Positions 46,701 through 58,004 of a stretch of 64,000 nucleotides of DNA are shown here, piece by piece. A model generated the notes under the pieces. It saw nothing but the letters and a program-made list of their open reading frames with translations. It was not told the DNA's origin and made no database searches. Within the stretch, counting starts at the first letter, position 1. Every line of letters starts with the position of its first letter. This DNA is from Klebsormidium nitens. Lineage: Eukaryota > Plantae > Klebsormidiophyceae. The position numbers were made by a program, and so were the translations under genes. The stretch lies in assembly GCA_000708835.1 (NCBI GenBank), contig DF237228.1, positions 1 to 64,000 on the forward strand, written 5' to 3'.

Positions 46701-47078
46701 CACGTATGTTATGCTCCTCACTGTTGCATTCTGCACTCCCAGTATTGCACAAATGAGGCTAACCAAATCACGACAGCGCAGCTGATGGGAGGGTTTTTGC
46801 AGCTCAAGTCCCACATGCTCAGGGCATAACCTTGCCTGCAGAGACGCGAATTGGGCGGCTTCTAGCTCGGGGGGCCGCGGGGCCAGCATGAGCTGCTCCA
46901 GGTCGCTGATGAGCTGCTTGTCACCCTCCACCAGCGCTGCCTGTGCCTCTGCCAGCTCCACAGGGGAAGGACGGGGCCGCAGCTTCTGGCGTGCCAACCG
47001 CAGCTCTTCCAGTGCGGTCTTCATCTCCGAAGTGGAGCCACCAGGCCCAACACCCAGGGAGGCGCTCATTGTGCTCAT
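43744..47078 (-). CDS. PIRL: Plant intracellular Ras-group-related LRR protein, about 5 exons
   Basis: N-terminal RPRPSPVELAEAQAAL and RAPLAVLELDEQHRHYDHLIMSAERAL (PIRL-type helical region), then tandem LRRs (LSLAENRLPELPAGIGALPGLVRLEAQFNRLAELP...LEGNPLRYPP). Stop at 43744-43746. Confidence 0.88.
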
Positions 47079-47385
47079 CGTCGCGCCCACTCTCGAAAGG
47101 CTAAGCCTAAATTGCCTTCTTGGACATCCCTGAGGGCCTGAGGCTGAAGCTGTTTGAGCTGACCAGTGCTCTCATGTTTGCTCAAACCCTTCAGTCTGGC
47201 AAACCCTAAAACCGCGTTTTCTCCCCCTCGAACTCAGACTCGGAGTCAGAGTACCGTACATACCGTGTACGGTACTCTCAGTCGTGTGGCAGAAGTTGTG
47301 CTCTCTTCCAACTTCAATCCATTCTCTGATTTGAAGAGGAGGAAAGCAGGGTGCAGCGCCAGTGTACTCTGCAAAGGTTTGCACG
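47079..47385. promoter_or_regulatory. Short bidirectional promoter / 5'UTR region shared by PIRL and UCP
   Basis: The divergent ATGs at 47078 and 47386 are only about 307 bp apart. Telo-box AAACCCTA at 47201-47208 and a 12-bp perfect inverted repeat at 47248-47278. Confidence 0.6.
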
Positions 47386-50300
47386 ATGGCAGACACAGCG
47401 GCAAAGCCCCCAAAGAAGCTAGGCGTGCTGCAGAACTTTGCTGCATCAGCAATAGCAGCTTGTACTGCTGAGGTAAGCACTTTCGTAGATAGATCTTCAA
47501 TCCAATGCAGGATCTGAAGTCGATATTACACCATGACAATAAACAGCAGGCAATGTTCTCTGGATTAGATCTTCTAGATAAGGTCATCAACCAGAATCTG
47601 ATGCATGTATCGAGTCACAATGCTACCAAAACCACCACCGGAATGATTGCCATGTCTTCTCCCCTTGTGCACCACCAGATGGAGTGGTGCGGACCGAAAA
47701 ACAAGCTTTGTGACTTGACCCAGCTGTTGTGTGGGCTCAGCTCTTGCTCTGGTCGCTTGAAGACTACCAATTGCATGCTTGATTGCTTAAAGATTAAAAA
47801 GGGTATGCTTGAAGGCCACCTGTTGAATGATTCCACAAACACATCGAGTGGGGCAAGGATCCAGTTTTGGATTTGTGCAACTTCTCATTGTGATCATCTG
47901 TGCAGGTGACTACTCTACCGATTGACACAGGTGAGAGGCAGTCTGCGCAGAACTTGTCTTTCAAGCATCGCTGTGTTATATGGCACCTCTGTACTGACTG
48001 CCGATGGAGGTATCAATGGCACTTGAATGTTTGTTGTCCGACGTCCTTGAAGAGCTGTGACGCAGTGATTCGGTGTTGTTGGAGTCCGTCCACTCTTTCT
48101 GACCACTGTTTTCTCCTCCTCAGCCAAGGTGCGCCTCCAGCTGCAAGGCAAGGCCATCGCAGGCGAGGGTGGCAAGCTGGCAGAGCTGAAATATCGAGGT
48201 GCCACCACCCCTCCTTTTCACCTCAAACACGCCCCAGCGTTTGCAGAGTTGATAACGTCTGGTTGTCGAATGGCCCTTGAGCTCCATTGATGTGCAGGCC
48301 CTGACTTTCTTGTCCCTCATGTGAATTGTTGGGGCAACCAGTGAGGCCGTTTGCAGATCCTTCGAATGTCTGAGCTCTTCAATATCATCATTACAGTACT
48401 GTCCTTAAACATGCCAAGTGGCAAACTTAGCTCTGAGGATGGGAGTTTTGTTGCACCAAACACTTCATATCCAATAGTTGATGACAGAGGACTGCTTCAA
48501 AATCTGGTCAATGCACCAGGAACGTACAATATCAAGAGGACCGCTTGCTTGAGAAAGAGTTTGGAAAACCAAGGCTCCTTGTCTGTTTGTGTCCTCCAGG
48601 TCTGTTGGGGACTGTTGGGACTGTTGCCAAGGAGGAGGGGGTGGGGGCATTGTGGAAGGGCGTCGTGCCGGGGCTGCACCGACAGGTTTTGTTTGGAGGT
48701 CTTCGGATAGGACTGTATGAGCCGGTGAAGAACCTGTACGTGGGGAAAGACTTCCAAGGAGATGTGCCGTTGATCAAGAAGATTGCAGCAGGGCTCACAA
48801 CAGGTGGGCTTCTTCATTTTCGTAGGAGGAGGCACTAGCCAGTCACATTGCCTTGGTGAATCCACTCTGGCATGACCTTCTTTGGGAGCTGCCATGAGCT
48901 GCACCAGTGACTTGCCGTGAATGGCAAGTTTCGATCGACCATATGGCAAGTGTGGCAAAACAGGGAAGACATTCCTTTGGTCGACCCTGCAGGGCTCGCA
49001 CTAGAGGCCATTGATGTACGGTGGACCTCTTTGTGTGCCTTTGAGAACACTCCGTGCTTTTTCGTCTCACAGTGTATGCGTTTCTTTGCGCAGGCGCTCT
49101 TGGGATCCTGGTGGCAAACCCAACAGGTGAGTGTCTCCACGTTGGCCTTCCTTTCCTGTCCGCCAGCCATGACGTGCACGCTGCCCACTCCTGTGTTACC
49201 TTGGCTGCAGCGCCATACTGCCCGCACGTGTTGCCCTCCCTCCGCCCGTCCCCGCCCTGGTCTCTGCTTGTTGCTGCATCCGCGTGCGTGCGTTGCCGTG
49301 TGTGCAGACCTGGTGAAGGTGCGGCTGCAGGCGGAGGGCAAGCTGCCCCCGGGCGTGGCCAAGCGCTACAGCGGGGCCATGAACGCATATGCCACCATCA
49401 TCAAGCAGGTCCGCGTACGAAACAGCCCTCGGCCAGCGCAAAGCCCAGGCTGCTTGTCGTCTTCCTGGTCGTTTATGGTTGAGCTTGTCAAAGTCATGGC
49501 GAGCTTGTCGAATGTTTCCAAGTCATGGTTAAAGGGAACACGTTTGCGACTTGCTGAGTAGGAGTGTGTTCCAGCTCCAGCGGTTCTCCATGGGGCTGGC
49601 ACTTGCATTTGCGTTTCGCTTGCCTCTCTGTGGCGCCTGCTGCTGGGCACACACCGGTGGCTGCCACCTGTTCCGCTTGTCCGGGGAAGTGGCTGCTGGG
49701 GCCTTCTGGCTCGAGCGACATACAAGGACGCCTCTGTCCGTGGGCTGCCTTTCGGTCCTCACCCTCTCCCCGCGCACATGTCTTTGCCAGGAGGGCGTAG
49801 CCAAGCTGTGGACGGGGGTGGGCCCCAACGTGGCGCGCAACGCCCTCATCAACGCCGCGGAGCTTGCCAGCTACGACCAGGTCAAGCAGGTGCGCGCGCC
49901 AAGCACTAGGTCTGGCCCGTACTGGCTGGCCCGTCACAGAACCCCGGTCCAATGACGGGTAACCAGCAAGACTCCAGCCCGAAAGTGTTCGCTGCGGGAA
50001 AAGTCGGCTCGAAGTCGCATGAAAGATAGGCCCACTTAGTTCGTTGAGGTGCAGCATCAGCGACACCCCACGGCGGAGTCAGTGGGACATGTACTTTCGG
50101 CTCGTACGGATCAGACAGGTGCCTCCCCCGCCAGATGTTTGCCTTTGTCTCTCATGTCAGTGTTCGTCTCCTCCGTCGGCCTGACCCGAGCCAGCCCCCC
50201 TCCTTTGCCCCCCGTGCAGACGCTGTTGAAGGCTGGCTTCCAGGACAACATTGGCACGCACATCATGTCCGGCCTGGGTGCGGGCTTCATTGCCGTCTGC

Positions 50301-51201
50301 GTGGGCTCCCCCGTTGATGTGGTAAGGGCTTACTGCCATTGGGCCTCTGCTCAAGCGCTTGCTGATCGCCGCCAGCCAGGCCCGTCATCTTTTTCCTCTG
50401 GTTCCACTCGAGTTGGTATCTCGGTGGCCTAACGGCCCCTTGACCGGCGGGAAGGCGCAGCAGTGCCGGGCCTGGTCACGGTGGCGCTCTCGTCGCTCGT
50501 TCCTGGCGCAGCTGGCGCTGGCTCTCGTATGGCAGGCAGCAGCTGAGCGGACTGGCGCTGTGCGTGTGCGCAGGTCAAGTCGCGGGTGATGGGCGACGCC
50601 AGCGGGCAGTACAAGGGCACCATCGACTGCTTCGTCAAGACCTTCAAAAGCGACGTGAGCCGCTGCGACCGCCCCCCTAGTCGGATCATGACTTGTGAAG
50701 AGGCCGGCCACAGTTGGTCCAAGCTTCTGAAGCCGCACTGCACCTCGCCAGCCTGGGTGCAGCCCCTCGTTTGGCCGCACGCATGGTATCAAGCACTCTG
50801 AGGCTCCGCCAGCGCAGGGTGTGGCGCCAGCCGGGCTGATGGCGGGTCCCCCGTTTGTGCAGGGCATCGGCGCGTTCTACAAGGGCTTTATTCCCAACTT
50901 TGGACGGCTGGGGTCGTGGAACGTGATCATGTTTCTGACGCTTGAACAGGTGAGGGGGGACGCTACCCGGCCGGGGTATGCCCACTTGAGTGTGCACGTG
51001 GTGACTAGCAGAGGAGACCAAAGGGGGGCTGCTGGCAGCATTACTAGGAGGGCAGATTTTGCCTCATGCACCTTCTTTTGGCCTGGTTGTCTGGTTGCTC
51101 GGGGGCTGCGGGTTTATAATTTTGAACACATCATTTTCTCGCTCCTGACTGTGAGATTGTACTTTGTTTGACAGGTCAAAAAGTTGATGGCTCAACAATG
51201 A
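47386..51201 (+). CDS. UCP: Mitochondrial uncoupling protein (plant UCP/PUMP type), about 11 exons
   Basis: [20 protein letters not shown]|[112 protein letters not shown] and [28 protein letters not shown]. Three carrier PxD/ExxK motifs. Confidence 0.95.
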
Positions 51202-52775
51202 GAGCGCTGCAGCCTGCAAGAGGCAACTTGAAGCTCGCTGAGGACCGTGAAGGTCGACATGTCCAATTGAGTTGAAAGCAATACTTATATTACATGCAGA
51301 GGCAGCAATATTTGACGGCCATAGTTCGAACCTGAACTTGTTATTGTAACGGAAACAAATGAGGTGTTACGTTACTCGTTGCCAGTAGTGAAGGCAGGCA
51401 TCACGAAGGTGTAGTGAAGCGGAAGCCAACATCTGCACAAGCAAAATGAAAAGTATCATAAAGACTCTGACTGCACTCGATCTTGGTCGGGCACACATTC
51501 CATTTTGTCCTCATTTTCAACTTTGCACGCTGTCCCCTACTTTGTTCTTTGGGCTTACTTCCTTCAGTGAGACTATGCATCCGGGCCGCATGATCAGAAT
51601 GCAAGAGGGGGTAGCTTGGAGCACATGTTTGGATCACGTCCCTACATTCTTCTCAAGGCGACGTACAACAAAAGATTGCATTTGCGCACATCCAGGCGGT
51701 TACACGTTGTACTTGACGGTCGACTCGACGATCCGAGCCATGCAGTTCAAGCTGCATGTATACGTATACAAGTTAACACGGAATACATATATACAGCTCC
51801 CTTGTCCGATCGCTGACCGTTGCTAATTGCCATGCATGCAAGCTAGCGGGATTGACCAAAATATCCAATTATACGTCTATACGAACTCCAATTATTGCGA
51901 GCGCGTGCGGGCGTGAGTATATCTTTGATAATATTGGGCAATTCTAGGATCTTAAGTAGAAGCTAGCATCTGTCGAAGCTTAGTACTAAGCAGGCCATGG
52001 ACTTGCCGTCGGCTGGCACCGATGCTATTCTTTTGTGGCCTGCATGTGTGTGCGGCCGAGGTCTAATTTCTGGATCCGTGGCCGCCCAGATCTGGGCTTG
52101 GAGAAAATTTGATGTGGGACATTGGCGACCCGCAGTGTAATCTGTGCGCATCATTTGCCCGTACAATGCTCAACAGAAGCGTTCGGATTGTCCCCACTCT
52201 AAGCTCAACAATGCATGCACTTGGACAACGGGATCGGCAACCATAGCTCGACGGTTGAGTGAACATTCGATTCCATGCTTAAAGTATCCCAAACTGTCTG
52301 TTAACTGTAGCCATGGACCACCCAGTTCGCGACTTACCTCAAAACCCTACATATAAGCATCACAAGCGTTGTCGATCCTTCCGAGTGTCCCGTAGAGGGA
52401 GCTGACGTGCACCCTGATCAGTGGATACACTGGCCCTTTGACAGCGGATCTTACATGGGCAGACTAGTCCCTGTCCTCGACATTTATGCTGTCCGTATAG
52501 GTATACAGTACAATGGTTGTGGCCACCAGATTCATCACGGCACAACCGCTCAGCAAAGCTACAGCTAGTACCGCGTTCGGCACATCTCTTCCAGGCTGTT
52601 GCCTATCATTATGCAAATCCTCTTCGAAGCTGCAGGCGACACAGGTCGCGAAAGACCAGGCTCGTCGCTATGACTGATTGGTCTTCCCTTGGCTGTTATA
52701 AACGCGTGCACACCGACCGTTCAATCTGACGGTCGAGCTCAGTTGAGGCTGTCAGTGTTCCGCTTGCGCGCCGGC

Positions 52776-55628
52776 CTATTGCCGGCTGGCCGGCGGCCCC
52801 TCGTTGTCGGGGCTGTCGTTGAAGAGGCCGCCGAACGCCCCTCCTTCGCATTTGGGGCTGACCAGTAAGCTCGCCAGAGTGGGGCTTTCGAGGCCGTGGA
52901 AGCGGCCGTAGGCGGGGTCCGGCGGGAGGCTCAGGGAGCGCGGGAGGGACATGAAGGGGGCGGGCGAGGGCGAGTACGACGTGGCCGGCTTCTTGGCGGG
53001 GACGCTGGACGCGCCCGCGAAGTGGTCGGCCGGGCTGAGCTTGTTGGACTCGAACGTCCCCGTGGGGCTGGCCTCGAAGCGGGGGGACATGTCGAAGCGC
53101 GGGCTCAGGTCGAACTTGAAGCCCGAGCCATAGCGCGGGCTGGCGTCGAAGCGCGGGCTGAACGCGGAGCCGCTGCCGTCAAAGCGCGGGCTGGGGGCCG
53201 GGTTGGGGAACTGGGAGAAGCCGCCGATGGGCTTGGTGGCGAAGTGGTGCGCGAGGCTGGTGGGGCTGGTGAGGTACTGGAAGGGATTGGGCGGGCCCGC
53301 GCCGCCCAGCGGGCTCACCGTGTTGCTCTGCATGCCCTCCTCCATGCTCTCCAGCTTGGGCATGTGCGGGCTCGGCCACCCCGGCTCGAACCCCGCGAAC
53401 CCCCCCACCCTGCGGGCCGGGCGCGGGCCCCGTGGGGCTGGGGTCGCCGTACCAGGGCACGAGGCCGCTGCCGCTGCCGCTGCTGGGCAGGCCGTACAGG
53501 CTGGCGTCCTGCATCATCTTGGAGAAGCTCGGCGGCCCGCCCGCAGGCGTGAGCTGCCGCGGCGCTCCCGGGTGCTGTGGCGCCAGCAGGGCCTGCGGGT
53601 GGCCCGCCTGCCCGGGGTGGCCCCGAGCGCCGCCCGCAAGCGGTGCGTGCCCGTTCTTGCGCTGCAGCTGGCTGGGCCCCATGAGCGGGCCCCCCGCTGC
53701 GCCACCATCGGTGGCTCCCGCAATGCTCAACCGCGACGGCCGCAGCTGCCGCATGTGCATCTGCTGGTGTTGTGGCAGGGGGCCGCCCCCTCCCCTCATC
53801 TGGCCCAGCCGTGACCCCCCCAGCCCCGGGCCTTGTTGCCACCCCCCTGGCGCCATCCCGTGGGGCGGCATGCCCGGGCTTTTCGTGCCCCCCATGTGGT
53901 ACATCTGGTGGGGCATGCGCGGGGCGTGGCCGTGCGCCCCGGCCATGCGCATGCGCTGCGTGTCCCCCGAGCTGGCGCTGCTGGAGGCCTCCTCGTAGGG
54001 CCCCCCCGGCAGCGCGTCCAGGTAGCTGCTGCCGTACTGGCCCGTGTCGCCCTCGCTCTCGCCCTCCTCCTCCGTGCTTCCCAGCTGGCTGCCCCCCATG
54101 TGGCTGCTGTCGCGCAGCGTGCCCTCGCTGTCGTACCCCTCGTAGCCTGGCAGCATGGCCACGTCGTAGGCCAGCCCCTGCGCCTTGGCACGCGCAGCCG
54201 CCTCGCGAGCAGCCTGCAACCGAAGGAAGCAAGGTGATTACGAGGTGGCAAGCGAGGGGGTAAACACGGAGTGAGAAGGCGACAACGTGAAGTGGGGGCC
54301 TGGAGGTGCAATAAGTTGAGACGTTAGACACAGCTGAAAGTGAGAAGCTGCTGCTGCAGCTCATCTCTCAGCGACCTTCACGAGGGTTTGCAGAGGTGCC
54401 AGGAACACGACTACACGACTTCAAATTCTGTATTTGTTTGCTTTGATTAGAAGGCTAAAGCTTTTGACTGCAATCTCACGATTGTATCGGAGAAGCGAGT
54501 TTCTCAGCGGTTTCAATAGGGACTTGCAACAAGCTCGAAGCTTTGCATCTAGCATGGACCGGGAACAAACAGTGAAAGGAAAGGACTGGAGCTGTTTGTT
54601 TGTTAACAGACAAACAGCTAGAGATGCAAGAGACGAATGTGCCAGATAGCTGGATGCATGTAAAGCAGACTCAGATAGCATGCCAATCGATTCGTGACCC
54701 TTACTTCCCCAAGAAGCTAGAGGCAGATCATGCTCACCCGCCGAGCTAGACGTTTGCGGTGGGAGTTCCAGAAGTTTTTGATGGTGTTGTCTGATCTGCC
54801 TGGCAGGAACTGCGCGATGTGGCTCCACTTGTTGCCGTGCACCTTTTGCAGTTCAATCACTTTGCGCTGCTCCTCCTCCGTCAGTGGGCCGCTGCGCACG
54901 TGCGGGCTCAGGTGCTTCACCCACCGCAGCCGGCAACTCTTCCCGCTCCTGCACGCGCAGAACCAATACATCAGGCACCGCGTCCCCTGAAGCAGTTCAG
55001 GGGACTCAGTCAAACAGCTCATTGTGCCTGGGGCTCGTACTTCTGTAGCAACCTGGGTCGGTGAAGATGCTGCAAAATCCTCTCAGACTCCTCCTTACGT
55101 CTCCAGACACTTCATGGAATGCCCTGCTTGTCACAGGCAAAGCTATATTGCTGGTCAAGAACGAGTCTGGGGCTAGCAGCTTGTTGTCTGTAGATTCATT
55201 TCATCAAACCCTCCTCATGTTTCACATACTTGTACATTGACAAGTTACTGATAGGAGTTCTCAAGCATGCATTACCAGGATGAGCGTCTGCAGGAGACAG
55301 AGGGCCTCTACAAGAGCTTCACATGTTCCGCCTGCTTCGGCAGAGGGACAAGCGTGGCAGGCTGGATCACTCTGCTGGAAGGGAGCCACATGATGAGGCA
55401 CCATGGATGGCGCTGTCAGAGGGAGCACTTTGGAGAGCTGGACCCTGGCAACCCTGGTGTTTATGCTCACCTCTGCAGCCCGCACTTCATGGCGATTGTG
55501 CTCCAGTTGCCCTCTTTGAACCTCTGCACACACAGCGCCAGCGTGTTGTCCTCTTCCTGCGTCCATAGCCCCTTCTTGAAGTCCTGGCCCTTGCGATCCT
55601 TTGAGCCGTCCTCACTGTCCTCGCTCAT
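52776..55628 (-). CDS. R2R3-MYB transcription factor with long low-complexity C-terminus; apparent 1-nt frameshift at 53400-53406
   Basis: Exon 55628-55471 gives KKGLWTQEEDNTL..GNWSTIAMKCGLQR. Exon 54949-54738 gives SGKSCRLRWVKHLSPHVRSGPLTEEE..HGNKWSHIAQFLPGRSDNTIKNFWNS. The last exon runs from about 54213 through ORFs 53179-54219 and 52776-53408, which overlap in different frames. Confidence 0.88.
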
Positions 55629-58004
55629 CTTGATTCACGCCAAGCAGGTGGGACGCATAAGCTCAGCAGCCACGCGCCTGTCCTTAAGGGAGGCTGTCTT
55701 GGCTTTGCTTCCTATCAGCTGCACTCTGCGGGGGCCCGCCTGCAGAGTGATACAGCATGCTCAGTCATGCAAGGCAGGCATTCATTGAAGAGTTTGCTCT
55801 CAAGACCTCACAACTCAATACAAACCTGGTGAACGGGGCTTGTTGGTCATTCTCAGTGGAGCGGACAGGAAACAAGGAGGAACCGAGGTGCTAGATCAAG
55901 TGGCTACAAAAGCATGGACCGTGAGCTCGTCTTTGGGGAAGGCGGCTCAAGTGAAAAACTTTGTTCAGATCCTGACAAACTTTGTGCACCACAATATTGA
56001 CTTAATCGCCAGCTCTTGCCATCAGCGGTGCAAAGAAATCTGACGTACCTCCGTGCTTCAAGAGCGTGCTGCAGCACAAACAACGGAAAGCTGAGCCATT
56101 CGATTCCCGGGCCACCAATTCTCCACAGATAAGCTGCTCCTACCCCCAAGTTGCCTGGAAGGTCCGCCAGCTCCAATTCTTTGCTTGTAACATCAAAGAC
56201 TAGCTACGAGAGGCTGAGACTAGCTGGCATCCTGTGCTCTCTGCGGAAGCTGGTTGAACCCCCAGCAACCAGACTACCACCAAGCGGTAATCTCAGGCCA
56301 CAACGAGCTGGAGCGGCTCGCTGCCAACCCGGCCGCTGCAAGCTAGACTACAAACCCTGTGTGTGCTTTTTTCTGCTGCCGCTGCCGCGACAGGAACAAA
56401 GCTGTAGTCACCACTCTAAAAGCCCAGGCCTGACACATTAGTGTCTCACAATGTGCAGACCTCAGAGGGCTGTCATGACTCTGTGCTATAGTTTTCACGT
56501 GGTAACCACCTATTCTGTGGATCACCTTCACCTTGAAAGGTCGCTTGGCTAGCTGGCTGCCAAAATATCTGTTCCAGAAGGCTTCTCTGTAGCCCTTACA
56601 GGACAGCTCCCTGCATCCCTGCGTCCGCAACGGTAACGAGCAGATTCGTGTTCCTGGCCAAAATTGGCGACTACAGCGCTGACCAAATAACTGTATCCCG
56701 TCTCCCACCGCACCTCCTGCCGGCCACAGATGGCGGGTCAGTCCTCTGGCCAACTACTAGTACCACTGCCACTGCAAGTGCAGCACACCCACCTGGACTC
56801 TGGAGGAGGTGTCGCCTTCGAGACGTCTCGATGTTAACACGCAACGGTTTCCCTGACTTCCAAGAGAACATGGAATTGCCCGAGCAAAGCAAGTTGTCTG
56901 GCGCCATGAAAATCTTATCGACGGCTCTCGGGCAAGCCCTAGACTTTATCGACGTTTCGGAGTCTGGTTACTGCTCGCGCACACCATTTTGGCGACCACC
57001 CGACGTGTATGGTATAGCATGAGGAGACGGTGACCATATCTCTGATGCAATGATCGCGCGCAAAGGTCATGGAAACTGGATGCAGCTCTCCGCGCATGAG
57101 GTCCAGGATTCGGGGTTAGATCTCCTTCGGACACCAGGATGCCTGAATTTCCTCCATGGCTGACGTTCGAGAAAGTAGAATGAGTTGCTTCAGTTGCTAA
57201 GTGTTTCAAAGTTCTCGACGCACGATGCTGAGATGCAATGTTGTTGAAATCTGGCTGCAGCCGTAGACGTAACTTTCACAAGCTCATCGACACGATCTGC
57301 TAGAATCAGCTCATTAAACATATAGCTCGAGAAAGTCCGGCGCGTGTGCAGCTAGCATCGAATATTCGCCTATGATACCCCATGCGGAGCCTTCAAAGTG
57401 GATTGTTCTGCGTATGTCTACGAGGATGATGTCTGTTTACAAACGTCTGCTTTGGGGCCGCAAGAATCTGTAAACTCGATGCATGGATTGATACGAAGCA
57501 CCGTAAAGTGACAAGAAGTCTGTTATACACTAAGCTGTTCGCATTTGCGTCATGCATATCATAACATCGTTCTAGCGCTGGTTTGCATACATATAGGGCA
57601 TGCCAAAGAACCCCATGCAAATAATCCAGTGACAGAGATCGCGCCTAACATTGTGCTCAACTCGCAAGAAGCATGCGCAACCGGGTTGTAAAAAGCAATT
57701 CGCTGCTTAGCACAAAAGCTCAAACAGTCGAGTCTTCTTGAAGGTGCAAGACAGAATATATGTGGCGAGGAGCTCTGCCGGCTCCACAACCCCGGCAATG
57801 GAAGAAAAAACGTCTTTTTTAGATTTGATTCGCAAAGCATACTGCGATGCGTTGATTAACTTCCGTTCCGAACATGCTGATGTCAAGGGCAGAAACGCAG
57901 AAACACGACGCGATGGCATGTGCATCCTCGATGATTTTGACGATTCAATCAGAACCTTCACGCCCAGAAGCAAGTGACGCCGCTATGCATGCCCCCTTTC
58001 GAGA

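Noticed and set aside
56343-57022. ORFs of 124-136 aa upstream of the MYB
   Set aside because: No recognisable motif, consistent splice pattern or codon bias. Possibly MYB 5'UTR or intergenic.
57738-57977. 79-aa plus-strand ORF (..TSFLDLIRKAYCDALINF..) next to the J-protein stop
   Set aside because: Short, antisense to a probable 3'UTR, and with no family motif I can support.
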